The translations under genes and the position numbers were made by a program. Positions 1 to 9,378 of a stretch of 32,000 nt of DNA are shown here, piece after piece. The stretch's first letter is position 1. The number at the start of each line of letters is the position of its first letter. The DNA comes from Pyrodictium abyssi (GTDB lineage: Archaea; Thermoproteota; Thermoprotei_A; Sulfolobales; Pyrodictiaceae). The stretch is taken from assembly GCF_036323395.1 (NCBI RefSeq), contig NZ_AP028907.1, positions 330,001-362,000 on the forward strand, in the 5' to 3' direction. The notes under the pieces are model-generated. The model had not been told where the DNA came from. It did not search any database and saw only the letters and a program-made list of their open reading frames with translations.

Positions 1-2
1 GC

Positions 3-155
3 GAGGAATGGCTAAGCAAACGGCTAGAAATGGAAGGGCTAAGTCCGCGCATAGAACGCTTAGAGGAGAAGAAGAACTGTAGCCTCTGCAGTACTACGAA
101 GATAGCGTGTAGGGCGGCACGTATAGCAGAGACGAGCAACATGTGTAACGGATAG
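3..155 (+). CDS. C-terminal fragment of an unidentified protein cut by the window edge
   Basis: Open frame from the window start ending TAG at 153-155; reads EEWLSKRLEMEGLSPRIERLEEKKNCSLCSTTKIACRAARIAETSNMCNG*. Cys-containing tail. No family recognised. Confidence 0.4.
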   Translation, partial: EEWLSKRLEMEGLSPRIERLEEKKNCSLCSTTKIACRAARIAETSNMCNG

Positions 156-170
156 CGCCTAGCCCCTCGT

Positions 171-797
171 CTAGTAGCCCTCAGTGTAGAGGGCGTAGAT
201 CCGTTTCAGCTCCTCCACGGGGTTCTCGGAGTAGTCTACCCGGAGGTCTACTACGCGGTCGTAGTAGGGCGCATACTCGGTCTGGCCTACAACCAGGAGC
301 GCGGCAGAACGGTCCCCTCTACGGTCGCCACCCGCCCGGTGGCCAGCCTCTATTGCAGCGAGCAACTTGTCTGCAAGCCCGCCCTTAGCTGTGACGAACG
401 CCTTGATGGCCGCCCTGCAGACCTCTGGGCCCTTAACAAGGTTTGCTATGCAGACAAGAGGCTCTTGTGGATGAACTATGTAGCCGTGCCAGCTCGGGGA
501 CCACTCTCCATCGTGTACAGCGATATCGCCCCGGTAGTCTATCACGGCAACCTGGCGGTGCGCGGGGCTAGGATCCCGCGCGAGCGCCATGCGGAGGGCC
601 TCTTCCGCGCTAGACGCCTTTGAGAGGAATTCCAGCACCATTGGGGCTAGTGCGGGGTTCGTGTAAGCCTGCGTAGCAACTACTCCTACACCGTGCCTGC
701 CCCATGGCACTCTTGAGCCTACAGATACACTTCCCGACACAACTGCCACGCCAGCCTGGCCGAGCAGAGGGTCGTAGGCTAGAATACTGTAGGTCAA
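171..797 (-). CDS. DUF1028 family protein (Ntn-hydrolase-like)
   Basis: Provided ORF extends to 911, but the conserved part begins TYSILAYDPLLGQAGVAVVSGSVSVGSRVPW, so an internal TTG at 797 is a likely start. VATQAYTNP..., AVIDYRGDIAVHDG and GHRAGGDRRGDRSAALLV match the DUF1028 pattern. Confidence 0.8.
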   Translation of the reverse strand: MTYSILAYDPLLGQAGVAVVSGSVSVGSRVPWGRHGVGVVATQAYTNPALAPMVLEFLSKASSAEEALRMALARDPSPAHRQVAVIDYRGDIAVHDGEWSPSWHGYIVHPQEPLVCIANLVKGPEVCRAAIKAFVTAKGGLADKLLAAIEAGHRAGGDRRGDRSAALLVVGQTEYAPYYDRVVDLRVDYSENPVEELKRIYALYTEGY

Positions 798-992
798 GAC
801 ATAGCCACCCAGAGGGCGTTGAGGCCTTACACCCGGCAGTAGCCCATACCAGAACACTATACCGGGTAAGCTAATTATGTGTGGAGCTAGGCGCGGGAGG
901 CCTCCTAGCATACCGGGCTCTAATGAAGTTAGAAACTGTACAGGCAGAGGATTAGGGGTCCTATGACATAGGCTTACCGTGGTCCGGTACGG

Positions 993-1196
993 CTAGACCT
1001 GGTAGAGCTGGCGCCTAGTCTCCTCTGGAACCTCGTCCTCCTTGAGCACAGGGAACGATACCGGCGGCTCTCTCCTCTTAGGCCCTACCACTATGTATTT
1101 GGACGCGTCGTCTTCCCGGCTCTTGAGAACACGTACCTTGACATACCACCCGTCGTTGCGGAGTACGTAGGCGTATTTACCGTGCTTCCCGCCCAT
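993..1196 (-). CDS. small basic conserved-looking protein, function unknown
   Basis: 67-aa ORF, MGGKHGKYAYVLRNDGWYVKVRVLKSREDDASKYIVVGPKRREPPV...; fits the gap without conflict; no opposing ORF of quality. Confidence 0.6.
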   Translation of the reverse strand: MGGKHGKYAYVLRNDGWYVKVRVLKSREDDASKYIVVGPKRREPPVSFPVLKEDEVPEETRRQLYQV

Positions 1197-1291
1197 CTTG
1201 TCCTTGCACCCCAGGCCACAGCTCCAGGAGAGCGGCTGGCTATAAGCCTTAGAGTCAGGGCTCTTAGCTACAAGTATGGGGAGGGCAGACT

Positions 1292-1930
1292 ATGAGTGCA
1301 GCCGGGAAGACAAAGGTAGAGGTACCAGAGATACCGGTCAAGGAGGCGGTAGAGCTCCCAGCGGAGAAGACAGCACTAATCATAGTAGATATGCAGAACG
1401 ACTTCGTAAAGCCCCAGGGCCGGCTCTACGTTCCAGCAGCGGAGAAGACCGTTCCGGCGATACGCCGGCTACTAGAACGCGCCCGCAACCATGGAGTGAT
1501 GACAGTGTTTACGAAAGACACACACTACCCTGGCGACCCCGAGCACAGGATCTGGGGTGAGCACGTAGTACGCGGAACCTGGGGATGGGAGATAATCGAC
1601 GAACTGAAGCCAGTCAAAGGGGAGATAGTGATCGAGAAGACTAGGTATGACGGCTTCTACGGTACACCGCTTGACGACCTCCTAAGGGTATACGGAATAG
1701 AGCATTTAGTCATCGTGGGCACGGTGGCCAACATATGTGTCCTGCACACGGCGGGCAGCGCGGCACTAAGATGGTACAAGATATACGTCCCCATGGACGG
1801 TATTAGCGCTCTTAACGAGTTCGACTATTACGTGGCACTACGCCAGATATCATACCTATACCTAAGCACGATAGTCCGGAGTGCTGATGGAGTAAGGTTT
1901 GTAGGCAAAGGGCCCTGGGAGCGCGGATAA
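1292..1930 (+). CDS. isochorismatase/nicotinamidase-family cysteine hydrolase
   Basis: ALIIVDMQNDFV (catalytic Asp), VFTKDTH, VEKTRYDGFYGT and VIVGTVANICVLHTAGSAALRWYK (catalytic Cys region). Confidence 0.88.
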   Translation: MSAAGKTKVEVPEIPVKEAVELPAEKTALIIVDMQNDFVKPQGRLYVPAAEKTVPAIRRLLERARNHGVMTVFTKDTHYPGDPEHRIWGEHVVRGTWGWEIIDELKPVKGEIVIEKTRYDGFYGTPLDDLLRVYGIEHLVIVGTVANICVLHTAGSAALRWYKIYVPMDGISALNEFDYYVALRQISYLYLSTIVRSADGVRFVGKGPWERG

Positions 1931-1995
1931 CCCAGTACGGCAAACGGCTAGGCGCCAGGAGGCAAGCGGCCCCAAGGGCCCGCCGGAGAGGAGGC

Positions 1996-3855
1996 ATGGA
2001 GCCGGGCAGCAGTAGAGAATTCCCCTACAATGAGCCGAGGAAGGGCCAGCTAGAAGCGGCAAAGAGTATAGCCGAGACAGTACGCAGCGGAGGAGTATTC
2101 ATACTCCACGCGCCAACAGGCTTCGGCAAGACTTCCAGCATAATACATGGCCTACTGCAAGCCGGCGTTGATAGGGTACTGTACGTTGTAAGGACTAAGA
2201 ACGAGATACAGCCGGTGCTAAGAGAACTAAAACGGTTCAACTTAGAGGGGTATAGCTTCCTCTACAGTGCTAGGCGTATGTGTCCGCTACTAGCCGGAGA
2301 AAATCTAAGCCATGAAGACTTCTGGGACACGTGTAGACTCCTACGCCTCCGAGGCGAATGCGCATACTTCACGAAGCTCGAGGAGCTACAGGCTAGCGAC
2401 GTCGCCGAGGTGCTGGAGCACTCTGGCTCTATGCCTCAGAAGGCCGTTAAACTGCTGGCGGCACAAGGGTACTGCCCCTTCTTCGCGCTAAAGCTGGCTG
2501 CTACAGAGGCATCCTTCATAGTCGCCACATACCCCTACCTGTTCCGGCCAGACATATTCCAGGGAACGTTCGAGCCACTAGACTACGAAGACTTCGTAGT
2601 AGTGGTAGACGAGGCGCACTCACTCCTAAACATAACCAGCCTGCTAGAAGCGAGGATAACGCTAGAGGATCTGAAGAACGCCGCTAGGGAGATAGAGGAG
2701 TACGAGCTCCCAGAAGACATGGCGCGAGCGCTCGAGCTGCTCGGCTCGGAGATAGCCCGGAATAAGCCAGGAGGCCGGAAGCTACGCCGTATAAGCCGTG
2801 AAAAGCTGCTCAAAATACTCGGGGATCACGAAAGCTGGATAGACGCTGCGCAGGAGGTACGCATAGCTAAGATGAAAGAGAGGCTGGAAGAGGGCCAGCC
2901 AGTAAAACTAAGTGTAGCCCTCGCCCGGGTAGCTAGGTTCGCTGAGCTACTCGCACTAGAGGGGACCGGGGTCTACACCTACAGTAGCAACGGCCGCGTC
3001 GGAGCCACAGTCTTGCCCCTAGAGCCGTGCATCGTTACACGTAAGCCCCTCAACGAGTCTAAGGCGGTGGTACTCGCTAGTGGTACGCTGCCAGCATCCT
3101 CTATGCTAAGGGACATGCTCTGCATAGAGAAGCCTATGCGTGTATACGACGTTGAACTGCTCCACGGCCCGGTATTCCCGCCACAAAACCAGTACACAGT
3201 AGTAGCCGCCGAGCTCACGTCAAGATACACTAGTAGAAGTCGCGAGACATACTATCTCTACGCACGCTACATTATAGAGACCTACCGGAATACAGCCAGA
3301 GCAGTCCTGGTAGTATACCCTAGCTACGAGTTTATGCAGAAAGTACTCCAACAGATAAACAGCGTTGCCAGGCACGAGAAGGTAGACATGATAGTAGAGG
3401 ATAAGTCCACCAATATAGAGGACGTGGTGGAGGAGATAAGGAACGGCAAGACGCATGTGTTGATAAACGCTGTTGCCGGCGGAAAGTTGACCGAAGGGAT
3501 AGAGATAGTAGGGGACGATAACAAGAGCCTCGTAGGGACCGTGTTTATAGCTGGTGTGCCATACCCACAGCCCGACGACTACTTCCAGGATCAGTTCAAC
3601 GCGCTGCAACAGAGACTAGGAGAGACCGGCGCGCGCCGGCTTCTGTTCGACTACACCGCCATAGTGAGAACAAGGCAAGCAATCGGCAGAGCTAGGCGCA
3701 GCGCAGAGGACCGTGCTATAGTTGTTCTCGGTGACAGTCGGTTCATGCGGAGGACTCTGCGCGAATACCTGAGAATGAGGATAGATAAGGTAGTATTTAA
3801 TATAGAAGAGTATAGTAGTGTTATACGAAGCACCGCAGAAGCCTTTAACGTTTAA
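1996..3855 (+). CDS. XPD/Rad3-like superfamily 2 DNA helicase
   Basis: Walker A HAPTGFGKTSS, DEAH-like VVVDEAHSL, Fe-S-type Cys positions (CPLL..., CRLLRLRGECAYF..., CPFFALK), C-terminal QAIGRARRSAEDRAIVVLGDSRF. Confidence 0.9.
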   Translation: MEPGSSREFPYNEPRKGQLEAAKSIAETVRSGGVFILHAPTGFGKTSSIIHGLLQAGVDRVLYVVRTKNEIQPVLRELKRFNLEGYSFLYSARRMCPLLAGENLSHEDFWDTCRLLRLRGECAYFTKLEELQASDVAEVLEHSGSMPQKAVKLLAAQGYCPFFALKLAATEASFIVATYPYLFRPDIFQGTFEPLDYEDFVVVVDEAHSLLNITSLLEARITLEDLKNAAREIEEYELPEDMARALELLGSEIARNKPGGRKLRRISREKLLKILGDHESWIDAAQEVRIAKMKERLEEGQPVKLSVALARVARFAELLALEGTGVYTYSSNGRVGATVLPLEPCIVTRKPLNESKAVVLASGTLPASSMLRDMLCIEKPMRVYDVELLHGPVFPPQNQYTVVAAELTSRYTSRSRETYYLYARYIIETYRNTARAVLVVYPSYEFMQKVLQQINSVARHEKVDMIVEDKSTNIEDVVEEIRNGKTHVLINAVAGGKLTEGIEIVGDDNKSLVGTVFIAGVPYPQPDDYFQDQFNALQQRLGETGARRLLFDYTAIVRTRQAIGRARRSAEDRAIVVLGDSRFMRRTLREYLRMRIDKVVFNIEEYSSVIRSTAEAFNV

Positions 3856-4166
3856 ACAGTCAGCAGTACTACGACACAGTACACGAGGCATTTAAAAACC
3901 AGGACATGCTGTAGCCGTTCCTACACGAGTGAACCCCGGTCCCCTGCAACACGACCCCGTGTCGTCGGGGGATAGATGGGCAGGGGGCGGGTCACTCCCG
4001 GCCGCATCCCCATCCACACAACACCTTTACGCGGACTAGGACCCGGCTTTCTCGGAGAGCCGCAGCTGGATGGTTAGGATTAAATCCACTCAGTAGTGTA
4101 GAAGCCCTATACTGTGGCCCCTTAAAGGGGCCAGCACGGGCAGCGCTAGAAGCGAGGGGGTAAACC

Positions 4167-4340
4167 GTGCCAGCAACTGATGTAGAGAGCCTTGTGTCTG
4201 AGGCTCGTAAGAAGTTTGAAGAAATATACAAGAGCTATGTCAAGGAGATAGAAGAGGAAGCCAGACGTGTAGTATCCCAGAGGCTAAGCCAGATAGAGCC
4301 GATAAAGAAGGAAATAGTCAACTCGCTAAGACACATCTAG
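4167..4340 (+). CDS. small, mostly helical charged protein, function unknown
   Basis: Not in the ORF track (57 aa): GTG start, translated by hand MPATDVESLVSEARKKFEEIYKSYVKEIEEEARRVVSQRLSQIEPIKKEIVNSLRHI*. Coherent amphipathic/charged helix composition. Confidence 0.5.
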   Translation: MPATDVESLVSEARKKFEEIYKSYVKEIEEEARRVVSQRLSQIEPIKKEIVNSLRHI

Positions 4341-4373
4341 ATGTCTCTACAGTTCTGTGTGACGCGGAGTTTT

Positions 4374-5477
4374 TCACGTATGCTCCATAGCCTCTCTTAC
4401 TATCTCCTCTTCTACCGGGTACGCGTGCAGGTTCCTAAGAGGCACGTACACCTCCACATCGCTTCCAACGCTCGGCGGTGTAACGTCGCTTGGTAGATCA
4501 AGTAGAACCTCGTAATTAGCACCCGGCAGCACTAGCCTAATCTCGATGAAGGAGCCAAGATACATCGAGACCGAGACACGGCCCCTCATGGTCTCGTAGC
4601 TCTCCGGGTCGCGTGGAGCAGTTAGCCGGGCACCCTCAGCCTTTATAACCACGGCTGCTTCGTCGCCGCGGCCTAGCCCGTGGTTCACGGCTCTTAGCCT
4701 GGCTTCACCAACCCTCACAATAGCCGTACTGCCCTGTAGGTCTTCGACTCTACCTAGTATCAGCGACGTCCGGCCGAGGAAGACAGCTGTGAAGAGCGTC
4801 TGAGGGTTCGTGTAAAGCTCCTCGGGACGCCCTACCTGCTCTATACGACCATCCCGCATTATAGCCATTCTGTCCGAGAGAGACATGGCCTCTTCCTGGT
4901 CGTGCGTAACGTATATCATAGTTATGCCTAGCTGCCTCTGAAGCTTCTTGAGCTCGCCGCGCAGCTTTAGCCGAAGCTTTGCGTCGAGATTACTAAGTGG
5001 CTCGTCAAGAAGCAGCACCCTAGGCTGGACGGCTAGAGCACGCGCGAGTGCGACACGCTGCTGCTGGCCGCCGCTAAGCTGCCCGGGGAACCGGTTCTCG
5101 AACCCCTCCAGGCCGAGCAGCTCTAGGACCCACTTCACGCGCCTATCTATCTCCTCGCGGGGCAGCTTCCGCAGCTTCAGCCCAAAGGCTATATTCTCGT
5201 AGACAGTCATGTGGGGCCACAGGGCCCAGTTCTGGAACACCATCACAGTGCCGCGCTTGTCCGGAGGCATATCGGTTACGTCCTCACTCTCGAAGTAGAC
5301 CCGGCCCTCGTCGGGCGTCTCGAAGCCAGCTATAATACGGAGAAGCGTTGTCTTTCCACAGCCGCTTGGGCCAAGTATAGAGAACAGCTCGCCCTTCTCT
5401 ATGCTAAGGTCTACGCCTTTCAATGCCGTGGTCTTGCCGAAGCGTTTAACAACACCCCTGACGTCTATGAACGGCAA
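4374..5477 (-). CDS. ABC transporter ATP-binding protein (PotA/FbpC/MalK-type)
   Basis: Walker A GPSGCGKTT, Q-loop VFQNWALWPHMTV, LSGGQQQRVALARAL signature, LLLDEPLSNLDAKLR, H-loop YVTHDQEEAMSL, C-terminal TOBE-like domain. TTG start. Confidence 0.95.
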   Translation of the reverse strand: MPFIDVRGVVKRFGKTTALKGVDLSIEKGELFSILGPSGCGKTTLLRIIAGFETPDEGRVYFESEDVTDMPPDKRGTVMVFQNWALWPHMTVYENIAFGLKLRKLPREEIDRRVKWVLELLGLEGFENRFPGQLSGGQQQRVALARALAVQPRVLLLDEPLSNLDAKLRLKLRGELKKLQRQLGITMIYVTHDQEEAMSLSDRMAIMRDGRIEQVGRPEELYTNPQTLFTAVFLGRTSLILGRVEDLQGSTAIVRVGEARLRAVNHGLGRGDEAAVVIKAEGARLTAPRDPESYETMRGRVSVSMYLGSFIEIRLVLPGANYEVLLDLPSDVTPPSVGSDVEVYVPLRNLHAYPVEEEIVREAMEHT

Positions 5478-5561
5478 ATCTGTGCACCCTTCACCCCTTC
5501 TCCCGGTTTAGCCACCCCTACGGGGCATAGCCACCTGGTAGACTTGGCAAAAAGAGTAAAC

Positions 5562-7445
5562 CTAGACGGTTACGAGTGCCTGGCCACGGCGTGCAAGCCT
5601 TGATGCAATAGTTATCACTACAGCCTCTATCGCCATCAGTATCACTGCCAGAGCTGCAGCCTTTGCATGAGGCTGAGTACCACCGGCTACCACGGTGGCT
5701 TGGGTCGTGAGCTGGAGTATAGCAAACGTTATCGGGCCCACATGGTCTGGTGACACCATGCTACCCTTCAGCCCGCCAAGGGTTATGCTCACACTAACCT
5801 CGCTAAGCACGTAGATAGCGCTCAGCAATAGACCGGCCACTATGCCTCTCCACACAAGAGGCAGCACTATCCTCCGAATCACCCGGGCACGACGCGCCCC
5901 CAGGCTCCGTGCAGCCTCCTCCAGCTCCTCCGGCGTCTGTATGACAGCTGTGAACACCGAGCGCACTGTGAACGGTATCTTCCTCATAACATAGGCTAGC
6001 ACTAGTACATGTGCTGGGAAGAGCACCGGGTCGAGCATTGAGCCCTGGAAGTAGGTTGTGAAGAACACGTAGTAGCTAAACGCGACTACGAGACCTGGCA
6101 CAGCAAGTGGCAGCGACGACAGTATGTCGAGGATGGATGCGCCTGGCAGTCGTGCGCGAGCCGTAGCATAGCCGGCCATGAAGCCAAGCAGCGCTATGAA
6201 TACGAGCGCTTGCGCCACGTATGATAGACTGTTGTATATGCTCCTCATTACGCCCTCCATCTCAGCCAGCGTGGCAAAGTTTGTGAACATGCTGCCGGGC
6301 GGTAGGAGTTCTGGTAGCGGGCCGATCCACTTCTTGCTAAACGCTAGGATTACGACGCCTATCTGGGGTGCGGCTGCAGTGGCTATCACGGGTAGTACAA
6401 CCAGGTACACAGCAGCAAGCCCGCGGCGGCCTAGCCGAAGCCCACGGAACGGTCTCGGTGCACCCCGTGCTAGCCGGGCGTAGTATCTTAGGCTCAGGTA
6501 CCTCCTAACAACGATGAGAGGTAGTGCGGCGAAGACTAGCATTAGGAAGCTTAGAGCAGCTACTGCGGGGCGGGAAGCCTCGCTGCCCACGCTCTGGAAG
6601 TACTGGTATATCTGATACGCCATAACCTTGTGGAAACGAAAGATTATAGGCGCGCCAACATCCTCAAGGCTCAGGATGAACACGAGTGACGAGCCTGCTA
6701 GAACACCGGGCATGACCAGTGGGAGAATTATGCTCCTTATCAGCCGCCAGCCGCGTGCACCGAGATTGATAGCTTGTTCCACAAGTGTTGCGTCAATTGC
6801 ACCGAGTGCGGCAAGAGTGTTTATGTAGACTATGGGGTAGAACATTAGTATCTGTGCAAGGGCTACTCCGGCTTGGCCGCTAAATTCTATCATTATGTTC
6901 TTGTCGATAAGGGGTCTAGTTATCTCGCTAAGTATGTAGGAGAAGGTATTGAATGTAAAGCTCTTACCGAAGTAGCGTTGCATCACATAAGCATTAACAA
7001 AGGGTGCTATCAGCAAGGGTATATAGGCTAGTATAGCTAATAGCCTCCTTCCGGGGAATCTGTAGAGGCCTATAAGTATAGCTGTAGTAGAGCCTATCAA
7101 TGCAGCAATGAATGTAACGAGCAGGGCGTTTACGACACTATTTCCTATAACGCCTAGATCGAAACCATTAACTGAGATACGTATTATGTTTGGTAGTTCT
7201 CTTACTGTTATGAAGTTGCTAAAAGCTTCCGGGCTTAAGTCTATGTAGTAGCTTGATGTGAGCTCCCCAAAGTCCATCTTAGAGGCTTCAACAACTACTA
7301 TGAAGAGTGGAGCAACGAATCCAAAAAGCATGGCTAGGAGCGGGATATAGAGGAGAAGAACTATCTCGAGATCAGTCCTAGCTCTGGGGGCTATCCTCGA
7401 CGCGATACGCCTGAGCGATGATGGGATGTTAGCTGCCAAGGGCAC
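5562..7445 (-). CDS. ABC transporter permease, duplicated/fused (FbpB/ThiP-type)
   Basis: Two sets of transmembrane segments with EAA-like loops (VEQAINLGARGWRLIRSIILPLVMPG and LEEAARSLGARRARVIRRIVLPLVWRG). Likely GTG start at 7445 preceded by a GGAGGT-like site, overlapping the upstream CDS end. Confidence 0.9.
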   Translation of the reverse strand: MPLAANIPSSLRRIASRIAPRARTDLEIVLLLYIPLLAMLFGFVAPLFIVVVEASKMDFGELTSSYYIDLSPEAFSNFITVRELPNIIRISVNGFDLGVIGNSVVNALLVTFIAALIGSTTAILIGLYRFPGRRLLAILAYIPLLIAPFVNAYVMQRYFGKSFTFNTFSYILSEITRPLIDKNIMIEFSGQAGVALAQILMFYPIVYINTLAALGAIDATLVEQAINLGARGWRLIRSIILPLVMPGVLAGSSLVFILSLEDVGAPIIFRFHKVMAYQIYQYFQSVGSEASRPAVAALSFLMLVFAALPLIVVRRYLSLRYYARLARGAPRPFRGLRLGRRGLAAVYLVVLPVIATAAAPQIGVVILAFSKKWIGPLPELLPPGSMFTNFATLAEMEGVMRSIYNSLSYVAQALVFIALLGFMAGYATARARLPGASILDILSSLPLAVPGLVVAFSYYVFFTTYFQGSMLDPVLFPAHVLVLAYVMRKIPFTVRSVFTAVIQTPEELEEAARSLGARRARVIRRIVLPLVWRGIVAGLLLSAIYVLSEVSVSITLGGLKGSMVSPDHVGPITFAILQLTTQATVVAGGTQPHAKAAALAVILMAIEAVVITIASRLARRGQALVTV

Positions 7446-9006
7446 TAAGTACCTCCTCGTACTTCTGCTTGGCAGCCTCACGCCAGGCATTCATGTATGC
7501 CTCTTTAAGGTTAATGTGCTCCTTTAGAATCTTGTTGACACGTAGCGCGTCGTCGAGAGTAAATACTCTCTCTTCGCCGGTTACCGGGTCCTTGTACTTG
7601 ACTAAGTCAGTGAGCTTCTGCTTTAGAGCTTTGAACGTGGCCTCGTCTATACGGTGGTCTATGTAGTATGCTTTCAGTAGCTCTGTCCAAGCTCTCTGGA
7701 GCAGGTCGTGCTGGTCCACGAGGGTCGCTACAAAGTATAGCTGCATCGCGAACTCGGTCTCAAGGGCTAGTGTATCGTTGAACTCTATCACCTTGGCCTT
7801 CATGGCGCGGTAGAACGCGTTCTTGAGGTCGGAGCGCTTCTGGCCCTCGGGGGTCTCGAATACCTTCGGGTTGGCTGGTAGCCTGTTTATGTTGGGGTCT
7901 AGCCATATCTTCTGGCCCTCGGTCAGCACCCATGCTATGAAGGCTTCGGCAGCCTCTGGGTGCTTTGTGGACTTGGTGACGGCTATGGGGTCGCCGTTTA
8001 CTATAGTCTCGCCCTGGGGCAGTATATACCTGCATGCTGGGTTGAGGCTCTCTGCGGTGTAGCCATAGAAGTCTATGGTTATGCCGACCATTACGTCGCC
8101 GTTTATGACGTCGTCGCGTACGATGGCGCTACCCTCTTCTATGCGCGCGTTGGCGGCCATCAGTGTTAGGACACGCCAGCCCTCCTCCCAGCCGTAGGCC
8201 TGTAGAATTATCTCGTAGATCCTCGTGTTGCTGGTGCTTTGTAGTGGATTGGCTATAGCGAGGGCTGGTACACCGTACTGCACGAGTATAAGGCCGAGAT
8301 CGTCGCTAGCAAGGCTCCGCCAGGAGTTGAGCTTGTTTACGTCGAAGCCGAGCTGTTGTGCCACCTCGGTGTTAACAGTGAAGCCGAAGCTAGCAATGGC
8401 TGCTGCGACCCAGTATATCCTGCCGTCCTTGTCTGTGCGCTTTAGCGGCATGCCCGCGAAGCGGTCCGGTACCTGGCTGGCCGCGTCAAGGGCTAGTTTC
8501 GTCTCTAGTGGGCGGAGTAGGCCTTTGACGTAGAGGTCGTCAAATAGCGTTGGACCGCCACCCCATGCTACGTCTATGCTCTGCTTCTCGATGTAGGTTG
8601 GCCAGAAGCCTGCGGGCACCGGTAGGAACCTCACGTTGGTTATACAGAAGCGCTTAGCTATGTCAGACTTTAGGAACAAGTCCTTTGCCTTCTCCTGGAT
8701 ATCTGCAGGGTGTCTTGTGAGGACTACAAGCTCTATCTCCTCCTTGCACTTGCTTGCTTGCTGGGTAGTTGTCGTAGTAGCCTCCTTGGCAGTTGTAGTG
8801 GTTTCCCCGCTAGGCGTGGTAGTAGTTGTTGTCTCGGTAGGTGTGGCCGAAGGCTGTTCCTGTGCTGTCTGAGTCGCCGTCGGTGACTGCGTTGTGGTAG
8901 TCGTGGTAGCCGGAGGCTGTGATGGGGCCCCACGTCCGGCTAGAAGAGCTACGGCTGCAAGCACAGCTATGACTATAATGGCTGCAGCGACGAGGCGCGT
9001 GTTCAC
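7429..9006 (-). CDS. ABC transporter extracellular solute-binding protein with N-terminal Thr-rich linker
   Basis: GTG at 9006 gives signal sequence MNTRLVAAAIIVIAVLAAVALLAG, then a Thr/Pro-rich linker and a periplasmic-binding-type domain (ITVNTEV/GYTAESL/NRLPANPKVF regions). Directly upstream of the permease and ATPase. Confidence 0.9.
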   Translation of the reverse strand: MNTRLVAAAIIVIAVLAAVALLAGRGAPSQPPATTTTTTQSPTATQTAQEQPSATPTETTTTTTPSGETTTTAKEATTTTTQQASKCKEEIELVVLTRHPADIQEKAKDLFLKSDIAKRFCITNVRFLPVPAGFWPTYIEKQSIDVAWGGGPTLFDDLYVKGLLRPLETKLALDAASQVPDRFAGMPLKRTDKDGRIYWVAAAIASFGFTVNTEVAQQLGFDVNKLNSWRSLASDDLGLILVQYGVPALAIANPLQSTSNTRIYEIILQAYGWEEGWRVLTLMAANARIEEGSAIVRDDVINGDVMVGITIDFYGYTAESLNPACRYILPQGETIVNGDPIAVTKSTKHPEAAEAFIAWVLTEGQKIWLDPNINRLPANPKVFETPEGQKRSDLKNAFYRAMKAKVIEFNDTLALETEFAMQLYFVATLVDQHDLLQRAWTELLKAYYIDHRIDEATFKALKQKLTDLVKYKDPVTGEERVFTLDDALRVNKILKEHINLKEAYMNAWREAAKQKYEEVLSALGS

Positions 9007-9378
9007 CTTTGCTCCACCATCTAGTCTGGTGCTAGCAGCGGTGGTAAATGTATGCTCGCTGAGAAGAGCGAGAGACAGGCTATCGGGGCGCCCGTCTAGC
9101 GAAGTACTCGGAGTGCTGTGCAGTGTAACCACAATAGAATTAGGCAGTAGAATAGCGTAAGCCACTGGCTTAGTGGCGGCTTCTTAGTGCTATAGGTAGA
9201 TAGTTGCCCACACGTCTAGCAGTAGCCCCATAGTGTCAGCTAGATGAAGACCATTTGGAAGCTGCTGAGCGCAGCCAGACTGCCAGACCTCAAGGGAGTG
9301 GATTTAAATCCCTCATACCGGTCGCAAGCAACATGAGAAAAGGTCCACAAGCCCGGCTTAGAAAGTCGTGGTGGCGAG

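Noticed and set aside
339-623. Plus-strand ORF MASLYCSEQ... and similar Ser/Arg-rich ORFs opposite real genes (e.g. 2583..2813, 4948..5202, 8636..8872, 12486..13055, 15916..16515, 21694..22056)
   Set aside because: Antisense or out-of-frame shadows of strong genes with low-complexity composition and no family motifs.
7960-8933. His/Arg/Tyr-rich alternate-frame ORFs in the binding-protein gene
   Set aside because: Explained as shadow frames of the Thr-rich linker and binding-protein coding sequence.
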